Virus record (IMG/VR): IMGVR_UViG_3300032278_003763
Coordinates: 1 to 56,740 of that record
Length of the DNA stretch: 56,740 nt
Direction: 5' to 3' (one strand)
DNA from: a virus
Taxonomy: Duplodnaviria; Caudoviricetes
Position 1 is the stretch's first letter. The number at the start of each line of letters is the position of its first letter. A model generated the notes under the pieces. It made no database searches and was not told where the DNA came from. It worked only from the letters and a program-made list of their open reading frames with translations. A program made the translations under genes and the position numbers. Shown here piece after piece: positions 1 through 10,475 of the stretch.

Positions 1-2
1 AA

Positions 3-3000
3 GTTAGAGACGTGGCTAAAGCAGGTTTAGAAAAAAGCTTGACAAGAAATCTAGACGCTCTAAAGTCGTTGGTCGGCGCGCTCCCCGGCGGCGAAGCCGC
101 TCTCGCTGGATTGGAAAAAATTGAAGGCCAGATACCGGAAATAGCAGAAAAGAAATTATCCGCCAAACTTAGGGATGATGAAGATATTCTATCACAAATA
201 GAACAAAATATAGCTGACCTTGATGCCACCGTAAGAGAAGTCAATTTAACGCAAGATAATATATCAGACGCAATTAGAGAAGTCCTTGGTGACAAAGCCA
301 ACCTAATAACCGACCCATTAAGAGACATAGAGCAGGGCATCTTAATGGAACAAAAAAGCAAAGCCATTAGAGACCTTGAAGTAGGCACGCAAAGAGCGCA
401 GGCTGAAAAAAATGTACAGGAACAGAAAGCTGGGGCCAACTTTGAGGAGCTGAGAAAAAGCCTTCTTAACGCCATAAACTCGTTGGCAATGGACCCCGAT
501 GCACTGAAAGCGTTTGGTAATGCGATAAATATCCCCGATTTGTCGATGGAAAAGATTCAAGATTTGAGATTCAATCTTGTAGACTTCAAAAAGTTGCAGG
601 CGGGAGACTGGGCAAAGAAAGGGGCGGGACAAACGGGAATGACCGCAGAGTCCATAGAAAACTTTCGACTAGTAGACAAAATAATTACGAAGATTGTAGA
701 AGGCACCCCCGAGGCGATAATCTCTGGCGCCGCGAAAGCATTTGAGGCGACGGGACCAATGCAGTGGACATATGGCCGAGGCAACATGCAGTGGGCAGAT
801 GTGGGTACGAATGTAAAGATAAAAGACCGAGGTTACGAGCTAAGGCCTGCTTCCGCTGCATCGGCGGAAGGTGAAACAATAAGAACCCCGGGAAGCATGC
901 AAGATGTAACTTTTCCAATGAGAAACATATATACGGTTACCCCAGCGGAAATCATGAACTACTTCAGAGAGGCGGCCAACAAGGGGTTTAATGCCGAAGA
1001 AATGGTTCGAGCATTAAATTACGGAGCCGGTACGGGTCAGACTCAGCAGCTAGCGGGAGATAAAAGGGAGGTCGTTCGTGCATCCGACGCAAAGATCGCG
1101 GCGGCGCCGAACCCGTTTTTGCTCACCCAGCAATATACCGATGCCGCCACTACTTTACATCAAATTATGGACAAATTCACCGATGCGCTAGGACTCGAAG
1201 CCAAGGAGGATGGCTATGTGTCGATGGAATTCGCTCAGGCAAATAGCTACGTAAGAGCTTTAATGGAGGCTATCGCATCTAAGACCATTGGCGGCTCAGA
1301 AGCAGCGGGCGCTGCGAGAGTTTTTGAACAAAATGTCGAAGGGATATTCGGCAAGAATCCCGTAGGTGAGCAAAAAGTACTTAAAGAAAATTTAAACCTG
1401 CTTGCGTTATCTTTCCAACAGAGTGGTCATGATTTCAACGCAGTTCGCCAAGACTTAGGGAACACCGCGGCCAATATTAAGAACCTAAATACTGACTTTA
1501 AGAGCTCCTTCGAACAATGGGGAGATCAGTTTAAGCACGTCAACGACGCGGGCGACCGTTTAACCGGTTCGTTAGAAAATATATCCAGAGGCATCGATTT
1601 AAAACATGCACAACTAATGGCCGCGGGGGCACCCGATATAGCAGCGTCAGCATTAGAGGAATTTTGGACCGAAATAGATACGATTACGAAAAAAACGCGG
1701 ACTGGTCGTCCGGGCGGCAACAAACCTATCGGTCCGCGGAACGTAGAAGATACGCAAAGACTTGAGCAACATATAGAGTTAATGAGGCTCAAAACAGAAA
1801 TCGATACCAAACTCAGGGCGATAGATATGACTGACATGGACAAGCAAGATCCTAGGGATGTTATGAGTAGCGTCAAAGAAAATTTCCAAGTTTACGAAAA
1901 AATACTTGGAAAAAAATTCATGGAGCAAATTAAACCGGATGACTCGACCTCCGCCCAAATACAGGTTCAAAACCTGAAAAAACTGCTCGTGGAAAAAGAG
2001 ACGGCTACTCAGAAAAAAATTGAATTACAAAGGGGGAATCTCATAGGGTCAGGCGGCGAAGTTCTTTCGAAGACCGTGGACGCAACACAGAAAGGTGCAG
2101 ATTGGTATGAAGGCATAACGGCAGAAATGAATGCCAACTGGGCTAACCTAGAAAAAGGTTTGACTGATGCAGCTAAATACGACGCCGTGGTTGTAAGGTC
2201 TCAAGTAAATCACGCTCAGTCAATGAGGCTCCATACTGAGGCCTTGAAAAGGGACGCTATGTCAAAGAGCGATGAGCAAGCGAGAATCGCGGCGGAAGCG
2301 GCAAAGGAGCGTCAGAAGAAGGAAAACGATGCGCTAAGGAAACCCGTAACCCAGCTCAACAAGGTAGAGGCTCAAAATCGTTTGGCACTGCGCGAGCAGG
2401 AGATGAAAGAGCTAAGAGAGCGCAGAGGAAGAAGGACAACGGGTGTTTTTCAACATATTCCTGAGGAAAAGTTCAAAGAAGATCAAACGCTCGGCGCGCA
2501 GCATCCGCTGGTCAAAAAGGGCCTATATAAAGCTGGTTATAAAGCCAAAGCAGGAGAAGTTAAAAAAGGCACCGGGCTCGATCCGATGACGGGCCTACCC
2601 CTATCCATAGCGGATCCTGCTGTCGCTCGTACCGCATTAAGTTTAACTACGTCCGAAGCAACAGCCAAACAAGGGATGGCGGAAATAGTAAGGAGCGGTC
2701 ATTTGGTAAATGCTATTTCTGAATCGTATATAGAAAATATCCTTGCTACTCCCGCCGAAGCTTTGACTTGGGTTACTGAAGAATTAGAACGACTCGAGCT
2801 AGAGGCAACCGACGTAGGTAGAGCAGATATGCCCGAACTCAAAGCCAAGATCGCCGGATTAAAACTCAGGCAAGCCAAATTAAAGCAAGCCCCGAAAGAC
2901 ATTAGAGACCTCAAGGGCGTAGAGCTAATGAAAAAACACCCGGGCGAGTTAGTGTTCGAGGGACGCAGAAGAACTCCGAAACGGAACGAGGCTATGAGTT

Positions 3001-6000
3001 TTAAGTGGGATGCAATTAGGGCTCGGCAAGCAGCTGAACCCTTGTTAAAAGCCAGCCAAAAACATCAGAAAAACATGGCTGCTCGCAAGAAATGGGAGGA
3101 TCAAGCAGCGCCCGATTGGCAGGGGCCGGGAACGAGTAAAAAATACCAAGAGATGAAAGGGCCGATCGCTGCGCTTGAAAAGGTTCGTGATGAGGCAGGT
3201 CGAGGGATGGAGCGCATTAACAAAGCCTATGCAAAAGGAATGGAAACCTTGGTAAAGGAAACTCCACAAAAAGACCTTCCAAAAAATGTAGAGACTTATA
3301 CAAAAGCATGGGTCCCGGCAATTTCTGCTTCGACTGAGGCTTACAGAAAAGCAGATAAAGAGTACAAGGACCAAGTAAAACTTCAAAGTGAAGAGCTTAA
3401 GAGATTCCGCGCAGAAGGACACGTCCTTGCTCAGGCACAATACAACACGCGGGAAGACGCAGCCGACAGAGAAAAGGAAGAAACAGCTCGACTAGCTGAA
3501 ATCACTAAGTTAAAACAGGAACAAAGTGAGGCACACGCTCAATATCTCCAAAGGCCTCTGGTCCCGAGCCAGACCCCAAACGTTGAGGATTTTAGACAAA
3601 GAACCTCACCGCAGCTACCCGGCCTACGGAGAGGTCCACTTATTTTGCCTCATCATGAGGATCCTATTTTTGACGCCTTACAAGAAGCACGCGATCTACA
3701 AGCAGACGCGGTAATCGAGATTCTGAGAACACCGGGTTTGGATCCAAAAATGATAGACGACTTTACGGAACAATGGTACCAAGCGGTGGGCGAGATAAAG
3801 AAAAATCCAAAAGACAAACAAAAAATCCTCGACAAGCTCTTACTGGGGGTGCGCCAGCGCGGCAGTTCTTGGTCGAGGATCGGCAATATTGCTCTTGAGA
3901 GTACTGTAGATGCCCAGCAAACCTACTTTGATGCGCTGATAAAAACGTATGACATTCCCGTCACGAAAACGCAGCTTCATCCTACAACAGGCCTCCCGAC
4001 ATATAATCCGCTCGATTTAACAGCGTGGTTAGAAGCATCTGGCGGGGACAAGGGGCTCGACGTTGCGGAACTACTTAATGAGCATGGAAAGCTTGACTTT
4101 GAAAAATTGTTAGAAGCCATAAAAATAAAAGATAAAGAAAATTATGATGCTCTACTCAAGCAAAGGTCAGACCAAATAGAGAAGGTGAAAGACAAGCTCT
4201 GGACATTTACTCCAATAGCAAAAGAGGAAAAACTACAAAAAGACCTTGCAAAAACATGGCATGCAAAGAAAAAGCCTCTCGAACAGATGTTCCAAGACGT
4301 TTATAAGGACAATATACTCGACCCCTTGGTTGATTGGGGTAAATGGGGCGCAGAATTCGAAGGGGGGTCTTACGTACCCAGAACCTTCGACACTGCTCTA
4401 CCAAATATAGCTGCGGGAGAACAAAAATTCAAAGGCACTACCGAACAACGGGCGGCCTCCTACGAGATGAATCGAAAGTTCAATGTGGCAAAAACGCATG
4501 TACAAGCTAATATGAATGAGCTAAATAATGCAATTATGATGTATTACTCGCTGGGCGCAGATGATTTTGTCGAAACGCAAAAGCTCATGAACGATGACCT
4601 TAGAAAGAGCATTCAGGCGTATATAAAAGGGGAGGTGACTTGGCCTCAGTTCATGCAGCTGTTCAAGGCCACTACAAGAATAATCGACGAGAAGTTGATA
4701 AATCAAGAAGCAATAGGCTATAGAGAATACGAACAAAGGCTCCTAAATAGTATAAATTTACTAGATAAACTCGGCAGAGATACCTCTGAAAACTTCCAAA
4801 AATATTTAGATTCTATTATAAGTTTTAATGTTCATGATATGAATAAACTAGAGAGAGTCTTTAGGGAGCAAATCAGAAAGAGCGGTGACTATTCTCGTAA
4901 AGAATTCGAACCCGAATTTGATCTCGACGGCGTAAATACCTTGGGCAACGTTATTTCTTCGGCGCTAGGTAAATACTCTAAAGAGCTAAAGTCGGGAGAC
5001 ATAAGCAGAAAAGACTTTAGCGAGCTTGTAAACGACATGGTGCTCCTAGACACAACGATTAACAGGTATGTTAGAGAAAAGAGAGGCACAGTATCGGGTA
5101 TTCAAGAAGAAATCAAAAGACAGTTTGAGGGTCGGACAAAAATGGGTCGCTTCGACGAAGCTCAGGATCTTTATGGGCAGTTCAAAAAATGGATGGTTCA
5201 GCCCAAGAATGAAGAAGAAAAAACTTTAGACATACAAAGATCTTTTATGGAACAAGCCCGGGAAGTTGCCACGGGACAATTAGAGGTGTTCGAAATTCTA
5301 AACGAAAGTACCTTGGCGAATCTAGAGAAACTGAGAGAGGCTGGTTTAATTTCAGAGCAAGGGAAAGGCGGGCTCGTTGACATACAGAAACAAATAAATG
5401 CCCAAATAATGGCTAGAGAGATGGGCATCAAGGGAGGATCCATTACGCGCGGAACTGGAAAATATAAACATAGCGCGGCAGGTAAGGATAGAGAAATACA
5501 ACGTATAATGGCTAACCCCAATAGTGGCGCATTCGGTGATCCAAAGATGGCCGAAACCATATATAGATCACACCATCCCGGAATCAAAACAGCTGAACAA
5601 AGAAAATTTGAGGCTGAGCAGAGCTTAGGAAGAGAAGGCAAGGGGGCTCCGAAAAGGGGAGACTTTGGCCGGAAAGGGAAAGGGGCAAAATTATTCAAGG
5701 CAGCACAAAACGAATACGCTCTTAGAGTAAGAGAAAGGGTGGCGAAAGATTTTAGAGAGGAAACCAAAAAAATTACGATAGCGCCCACGGGCTGGAAGGG
5801 TTTCGATACGGCTAAGCTAAGAAGCGTCGCGGACCAAGGCCTTCAGATGATTCAAGACAAAATGATGCCCCCGCTCACAGCAACCACGGAAGAGACAGAG
5901 GCGGGAATAAAGGCATATTACTACAAAATGCCGGTGGAGGATAAGGATGGCAAAAAACAATGGAAATATATTAGAAACAAGGAAGACGCTTATAAGCAGG

Positions 6001-8798
6001 CCATGGCTGCGAGAAGGCAGCTAAGCAAGGAAGAAGAAGAAAATATTATAATGGAAACGAATCTCAGGTTACAGGATTCAATGACCGACAAAGAGTTTAC
6101 GAGCTTCTTGGAGTCGGATTTAGCTGCTGGGGGTGAGAGAGGAGAGCTTGCTGGCCTGTTTAGGGACGGTAAATTATCCAGACAAGGTTATCTGGAGGCA
6201 ATAGCCACCACGGATAATCTCGTTAAAACTAGAAACGAGTGGATAGCGGGAATGGCGAGCCAAGAACAATATTTAAATTCCATTATCCAAAAATATAACG
6301 ACAAGGCTAAGAACGCACGAACCCCTGAAGGTAGAAAGGCGATGAAAAAGCTCCAAGACGAATACATGAAAGCCTTGTATGCGCCACAAAACGCGACGGA
6401 CAAAATATTGGAGAAAGACGCGAGAGAGAGAAGTATGGGCGCACGTCTTACAGAGAAGCAGATGTATGGCACCCACGGTACCAACGCGTGGGGCGCCGAG
6501 GTGCGAACTTCGCCGGGCGCATATGCCCAAGCCGACAGGGATGCTAAAAGATACGAAGCGCTTCGTGCAGAAGGTAAAATCAGCACGGCTGCCGCTGGTG
6601 CCGCCAAGGCCGTTTCTGAAGACTATTGGACCATGCATGCGATGTGGGAAGATCAGAGAATTAGTTCTGAGGCTTTGAGGCAGGTGGCTGAGCGGGCTGT
6701 GCAAACTGCAAGAGAGACAGGCATGGCCATAGAAGAAGTTAAAAGGTTAGAAGCAACATTGTACCGTGACGCATACAAACGTACTGGTGAAGATGCTAGG
6801 CGAGGAAAATTCGATAGAAAAATGGAGCGTGTACCAAGACTGACTAAAGCGGAAAATGATGCGGTGTCAGCCCAAATTTCAGAACAAGAAGACAGGTTGG
6901 CGGGTTTTCGCCAAAGGGGAGAGATAAGCGACGAAGCTCAATCGGCTGGGTTTGGAATAATTACCGATAACGCAATAAATAAAAAGCTATATGAAACCGG
7001 CAAGATGGGTTCTAATGCTTTAGCAGAAGGCTCAATGGCTGGACTACAGACAGCTCGGCAATACGGATTAACAGAGAAGGAGCTGGGATATGATCCATAC
7101 CAAAAAGCACTAGGAGACAAGTTCAGATACAATGCTAAACAATGGACGGAAGACATGCAAGATATAGTCTTGCACGGCGTAGACGCACTCAGGGATAATA
7201 TGGCTGACGCATTCATGTCTATTATTGACGGAACCAAGGATGTTAAGGAGGCGTTTGCGGATTTAGCAGACGTAATGTTAAACGAGGTTACAAAAATGGT
7301 AATGCAGGCCGCAATATCATCCATGATGGGAGGAATAGGCGGCGGGATGCGGGCTCTGGGAGGAGGAAACAAGGGCGGACTAGTTCCTGAATTCAAAGAG
7401 GGTGGCGTCGTAAGGGCTGGAGGAAGCGGGGTCAGAGATGACATTTTGGCCAAGGTCCATAACAATGAGTATGTCATAAAACGTTCCTCTGTTTCTAAAT
7501 ATGGGCTACCTTTCTTGGATGCAATCAACCAAGGTAGCGTCGCTACTGCTGCTACGGGTGGTGGGATGCATGGAGGTTACCCATCAAGAGCGCCAGCTTA
7601 TGTGGCGCCTCCAGACGATGACTGGGAAGGAAGTTCTCTATGGGAAAATATTTTTGGTGGAGGATATAATGACCCTGATGATGAACCAGCCAGATTAGAA
7701 CAATCAAGGATTTATGCTCCGAAAGGAACGCTAATATCAGACCTTAAGCCAGAAGATCTAATTGACCCGCAGAAGGGACTAACGTCTCAGTACGAAGAGA
7801 GAAGAAGAGGTAAATCCGTAGACGCAATCTTAAGGAACGCAGTAATCTACGATAACGACCTGTTCCCTGACGAAATAAACCAAGACGTAAGCAAGATGAT
7901 GACCAGACGGTCTCTAATGGATGATCTAAATCCCAAAAATAGATTCCGTTTAGACAAAGAAAAAACCTTTTGGACTTATCAGGACAATTTACGTGCTGAC
8001 GAAGAAGCTTACCAAGAAGAGCTTAAACAGTACGAAGAATATAGACAGGGCCAAAAGAATAAAATGATGTTCAATATGGCCTCCCTTTTTGGAATGCATT
8101 ATGCTTATGGTAGCGGAAACCTGTTAGGAAAACCTTTTCAGGGTCCAATATGGCAAGGCAATACAGGCGGATTGATTCCCAAATATGCTAACGGCGGCCT
8201 CGCCGGATTCAATATAAGTGGGATTGCTAGTCTGTTCAGTGGGCTTTCCGCTTCGCCCAGCACAAGCAAGGGGCCCATGCCGTCTACCTATAGCCCGGGG
8301 TATTCCGGTTTCGGTCGTGGGGCCGCAGGGTTTGGCGGCTTTGATGAAGATCCTGCTCGCGCTCTATGGGAGAGAACCGGAAGCCCCATTCCTTATGCTA
8401 ATGGTGGTCCCCCTTCTCAAGGACACGCCTTGTTGACTGAAGGAGAATTTGTAATGAGCAGGGATGCTGTTAGAAAATATGGTATACCATTCATGGGCCA
8501 GCTTAACAACGGCACTTTGCCTAGAGCAGCTAATGGCGGGCTCATGGGTTCTAACGGGGGATCTATACTAAACCCGAGTACTGGCTCTAATATGTCTAAC
8601 ACCAACAACATTAATATAAGCGTAAGGGTTGATAGCAATGGCCGGGCCGCAGGCACGGTAAGCGGAGGAACAGCTGGAGAGGGACGAGAACTGGCAGGAT
8701 CCATAGAAGAAGCAGTAGTTAGGGTGCTTTCTTCTGAGATGCGACAAGGGGGCATCCTTGAGGGAGCCAAGCCAAACAGGTTTGGTACGACCGGCTAA
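3..8798 (+). CDS. Tail tape measure protein (5'-truncated; frame is open from the window edge, over 2,930 aa)
   Basis: Very long, helical, charged/Ala-rich ORF next to tail-tip genes. The C-terminus has typical TMP motifs (KEAFADLADVML, GGxV...DDILAK...NEYVIKRSSVSKYG, GEFVMSRDAVRKYG, NINISVRVD...EMRQGGIL). No stop lies between position 3 and the GTG at 12, so the true start is probably upstream. Confidence 0.85.
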   Translation, partial: VRDVAKAGLEKSLTRNLDALKSLVGALPGGEAALAGLEKIEGQIPEIAEKKLSAKLRDDEDILSQIEQNIADLDATVREVNLTQDNISDAIREVLGDKANLITDPLRDIEQGILMEQKSKAIRDLEVGTQRAQAEKNVQEQKAGANFEELRKSLLNAINSLAMDPDALKAFGNAINIPDLSMEKIQDLRFNLVDFKKLQAGDWAKKGAGQTGMTAESIENFRLVDKIITKIVEGTPEAIISGAAKAFEATGPMQWTYGRGNMQWADVGTNVKIKDRGYELRPASAASAEGETIRTPGSMQDVTFPMRNIYTVTPAEIMNYFREAANKGFNAEEMVRALNYGAGTGQTQQLAGDKREVVRASDAKIAAAPNPFLLTQQYTDAATTLHQIMDKFTDALGLEAKEDGYVSMEFAQANSYVRALMEAIASKTIGGSEAAGAARVFEQNVEGIFGKNPVGEQKVLKENLNLLALSFQQSGHDFNAVRQDLGNTAANIKNLNTDFKSSFEQWGDQFKHVNDAGDRLTGSLENISRGIDLKHAQLMAAGAPDIAASALEEFWTEIDTITKKTRTGRPGGNKPIGPRNVEDTQRLEQHIELMRLKTEIDTKLRAIDMTDMDKQDPRDVMSSVKENFQVYEKILGKKFMEQIKPDDSTSAQIQVQNLKKLLVEKETATQKKIELQRGNLIGSGGEVLSKTVDATQKGADWYEGITAEMNANWANLEKGLTDAAKYDAVVVRSQVNHAQSMRLHTEALKRDAMSKSDEQARIAAEAAKERQKKENDALRKPVTQLNKVEAQNRLALREQEMKELRERRGRRTTGVFQHIPEEKFKEDQTLGAQHPLVKKGLYKAGYKAKAGEVKKGTGLDPMTGLPLSIADPAVARTALSLTTSEATAKQGMAEIVRSGHLVNAISESYIENILATPAEALTWVTEELERLELEATDVGRADMPELKAKIAGLKLRQAKLKQAPKDIRDLKGVELMKKHPGELVFEGRRRTPKRNEAMSFKWDAIRARQAAEPLLKASQKHQKNMAARKKWEDQAAPDWQGPGTSKKYQEMKGPIAALEKVRDEAGRGMERINKAYAKGMETLVKETPQKDLPKNVETYTKAWVPAISASTEAYRKADKEYKDQVKLQSEELKRFRAEGHVLAQAQYNTREDAADREKEETARLAEITKLKQEQSEAHAQYLQRPLVPSQTPNVEDFRQRTSPQLPGLRRGPLILPHHEDPIFDALQEARDLQADAVIEILRTPGLDPKMIDDFTEQWYQAVGEIKKNPKDKQKILDKLLLGVRQRGSSWSRIGNIALESTVDAQQTYFDALIKTYDIPVTKTQLHPTTGLPTYNPLDLTAWLEASGGDKGLDVAELLNEHGKLDFEKLLEAIKIKDKENYDALLKQRSDQIEKVKDKLWTFTPIAKEEKLQKDLAKTWHAKKKPLEQMFQDVYKDNILDPLVDWGKWGAEFEGGSYVPRTFDTALPNIAAGEQKFKGTTEQRAASYEMNRKFNVAKTHVQANMNELNNAIMMYYSLGADDFVETQKLMNDDLRKSIQAYIKGEVTWPQFMQLFKATTRIIDEKLINQEAIGYREYEQRLLNSINLLDKLGRDTSENFQKYLDSIISFNVHDMNKLERVFREQIRKSGDYSRKEFEPEFDLDGVNTLGNVISSALGKYSKELKSGDISRKDFSELVNDMVLLDTTINRYVREKRGTVSGIQEEIKRQFEGRTKMGRFDEAQDLYGQFKKWMVQPKNEEEKTLDIQRSFMEQAREVATGQLEVFEILNESTLANLEKLREAGLISEQGKGGLVDIQKQINAQIMAREMGIKGGSITRGTGKYKHSAAGKDREIQRIMANPNSGAFGDPKMAETIYRSHHPGIKTAEQRKFEAEQSLGREGKGAPKRGDFGRKGKGAKLFKAAQNEYALRVRERVAKDFREETKKITIAPTGWKGFDTAKLRSVADQGLQMIQDKMMPPLTATTEETEAGIKAYYYKMPVEDKDGKKQWKYIRNKEDAYKQAMAARRQLSKEEEENIIMETNLRLQDSMTDKEFTSFLESDLAAGGERGELAGLFRDGKLSRQGYLEAIATTDNLVKTRNEWIAGMASQEQYLNSIIQKYNDKAKNARTPEGRKAMKKLQDEYMKALYAPQNATDKILEKDARERSMGARLTEKQMYGTHGTNAWGAEVRTSPGAYAQADRDAKRYEALRAEGKISTAAAGAAKAVSEDYWTMHAMWEDQRISSEALRQVAERAVQTARETGMAIEEVKRLEATLYRDAYKRTGEDARRGKFDRKMERVPRLTKAENDAVSAQISEQEDRLAGFRQRGEISDEAQSAGFGIITDNAINKKLYETGKMGSNALAEGSMAGLQTARQYGLTEKELGYDPYQKALGDKFRYNAKQWTEDMQDIVLHGVDALRDNMADAFMSIIDGTKDVKEAFADLADVMLNEVTKMVMQAAISSMMGGIGGGMRALGGGNKGGLVPEFKEGGVVRAGGSGVRDDILAKVHNNEYVIKRSSVSKYGLPFLDAINQGSVATAATGGGMHGGYPSRAPAYVAPPDDDWEGSSLWENIFGGGYNDPDDEPARLEQSRIYAPKGTLISDLKPEDLIDPQKGLTSQYEERRRGKSVDAILRNAVIYDNDLFPDEINQDVSKMMTRRSLMDDLNPKNRFRLDKEKTFWTYQDNLRADEEAYQEELKQYEEYRQGQKNKMMFNMASLFGMHYAYGSGNLLGKPFQGPIWQGNTGGLIPKYANGGLAGFNISGIASLFSGLSASPSTSKGPMPSTYSPGYSGFGRGAAGFGGFDEDPARALWERTGSPIPYANGGPPSQGHALLTEGEFVMSRDAVRKYGIPFMGQLNNGTLPRAANGGLMGSNGGSILNPSTGSNMSNTNNINISVRVDSNGRAAGTVSGGTAGEGRELAGSIEEAVVRVLSSEMRQGGILEGAKPNRFGTTG

Positions 8799-9664
8799 AG
8801 GTCTAATTCTGTTTTATCATACAGTTTTTTAATGGCTTCATCTATCTTAGAAATAGCTTCATTATATACTGCTTCGTTTTTACTTATGTTTCCTTTCATC
8901 AAGGGTATATTCAAATTGGGAGTAAAGTCTCTTATTACTTGATAAGTTGTATTAATTCTGTTCTCTCCGGGATGATTAATATTTAAAAGAATTTCCCATT
9001 TGTTAATAGATATTTTTCCTTTAATTAATTTGGGGGGCAAGGAGTTGTTTAGCTCTAGGTGAGTTTTGTTGTTTTCGCCGTCAATCCTAATGCTCTTTAC
9101 GCTCCTTTCTTCGATGGACCTGCTGTCTAACAATGTTACATTTAAAACTACCTCTGCGCTGTCTCCGGCGCCCGAAACCAGCCGAGTTCTTTCTGCTGGG
9201 GCTTCTATGTATACGCCTTTAGACTTGATCGTGAGAGCCTTTATTTCGCCCTGAGCGCCCACCTCAGCCACTTCTAGCTCCGTAGGGGTGTCGATGTCAT
9301 CTATGGCGCTATAGCTGCATACGCCGCCTTCTGGGCGCAGCAAATCCCCTTGCTTATAGCTTTTGCCAGCGGCGGCAATCGAAACGCTATCGACTTCATA
9401 TTTTTTATAAGAGAAGGCGATAACGTCGTTCATTGTTACATTTATCCCGACGTTATCGTCGATCACAAGCTCTGCTGGCGAAGCGACTGTTACGTCTTTT
9501 ATATAAAAAAACTTATTTTTGCCGATTACTGTATAAAAGTGATCATCGCCCTCAAGTATAACGTAGCTCCCGTTTCGTAGGGTGCCCCAATCAGCTTGAG
9601 ATGAGGCCACGAGGCGGTTTGAGTTTTTTAAAATAGAAGCTGTGTATCCAAATTGTTTAGCCAT
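8795..9664 (-). CDS. Hypothetical virion/tail-associated protein
   Basis: 289-aa beta-rich ORF, last gene of the tail-tip operon. Its SIAAAGKSYKQGD and ITIxxKGxY-type motifs resemble those seen in phage structural proteins. Confidence 0.6.
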   Translation of the reverse strand: MAKQFGYTASILKNSNRLVASSQADWGTLRNGSYVILEGDDHFYTVIGKNKFFYIKDVTVASPAELVIDDNVGINVTMNDVIAFSYKKYEVDSVSIAAAGKSYKQGDLLRPEGGVCSYSAIDDIDTPTELEVAEVGAQGEIKALTIKSKGVYIEAPAERTRLVSGAGDSAEVVLNVTLLDSRSIEERSVKSIRIDGENNKTHLELNNSLPPKLIKGKISINKWEILLNINHPGENRINTTYQVIRDFTPNLNIPLMKGNISKNEAVYNEAISKIDEAIKKLYDKTELDL

Positions 9665-9667
9665 TTT

Positions 9668-10474
9668 TTATTCCTTGTTTTCTGTTGTTAAATTTTTTAA
9701 ATATAAGTCATATATATTATACGTGTTTTCAAAGCCTTGCTCTAAATAGTGATATATATTATTTTCGGGTTCACTCGCTACCGCCCGAGCCTGCATGCCG
9801 TCTGCTTCTTCAGGGGGAGAGAGACTGACGATGGGAGCCTCCATGTATGAGCTACCGACCCGAACGGTTTTTATGTTAATTACTTTTCCGTCTTCGATTT
9901 CTGCTATAGCTTTCATTTGAAATCCCGGCACCTCATCTTTTTGAGGGGGGGCTATCGTTACGGTCGGTGGGTTGTCGTACCCAGAACCCGGGTTAGAAAC
10001 GTCTATATCAAACACATTGTCAAATACATTAAAGTTAAGTACTTTATTTGTTTCTTCGTATTCAAATTTTTCAGAATCAAATAGCTGAGGTATATCTCTT
10101 AAGTATTCCTTTATCTTTTTGATGTGTTGCGTGCAGTCAGGACATTCGCTTTCTAAGCTTATAAGAAACTGTATGTCTAGCTTGTTAAGGATAAGGTTTC
10201 TATGCTTTCTTATGGTATCTTTTTTTCTTTTTTTGATTTCTCCGAGCTCATTAATTAGACCTTTTTCTAAATCAAAGCTTTCTTGAAATGTGACGGGGGA
10301 ATAACTAGGATCATTAATAAAATAAGCTCTGTCTACATCGGGGGCCGATAGCCCTTCTAGCTCCATAGCCGTCTTAATGAAGTCTTCCGGCTCGCCACCG
10401 GAAGGGAGAGAAAAGGTCAGTTTCTCCCCCGTCTTTAGGACTATCATTAATACGTTGTTGTCTAAAGGCTTCAT
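9668..10474 (-). CDS. Hypothetical tail-associated protein (tail fibre assembly-like N-terminus, GSGY-PPTV repeat C-terminus)
   Basis: 268 aa, directly downstream of the gpJ-like gene. Contains IRKHRNLILNKLD...KEYLRDIPQ (Tfa-like) and NPGSGYDNPPTVTI / VGSSYMEAPIVSL repeats. Confidence 0.6.
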   Translation of the reverse strand: MKPLDNNVLMIVLKTGEKLTFSLPSGGEPEDFIKTAMELEGLSAPDVDRAYFINDPSYSPVTFQESFDLEKGLINELGEIKKRKKDTIRKHRNLILNKLDIQFLISLESECPDCTQHIKKIKEYLRDIPQLFDSEKFEYEETNKVLNFNVFDNVFDIDVSNPGSGYDNPPTVTIAPPQKDEVPGFQMKAIAEIEDGKVINIKTVRVGSSYMEAPIVSLSPPEEADGMQARAVASEPENNIYHYLEQGFENTYNIYDLYLKNLTTENKE

Positions 10475-10475
10475 C

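Noticed and set aside
342-8770. Numerous minus-strand ORFs overlapping the tape measure gene
   Set aside because: They are antisense shadows with no recognisable motifs.
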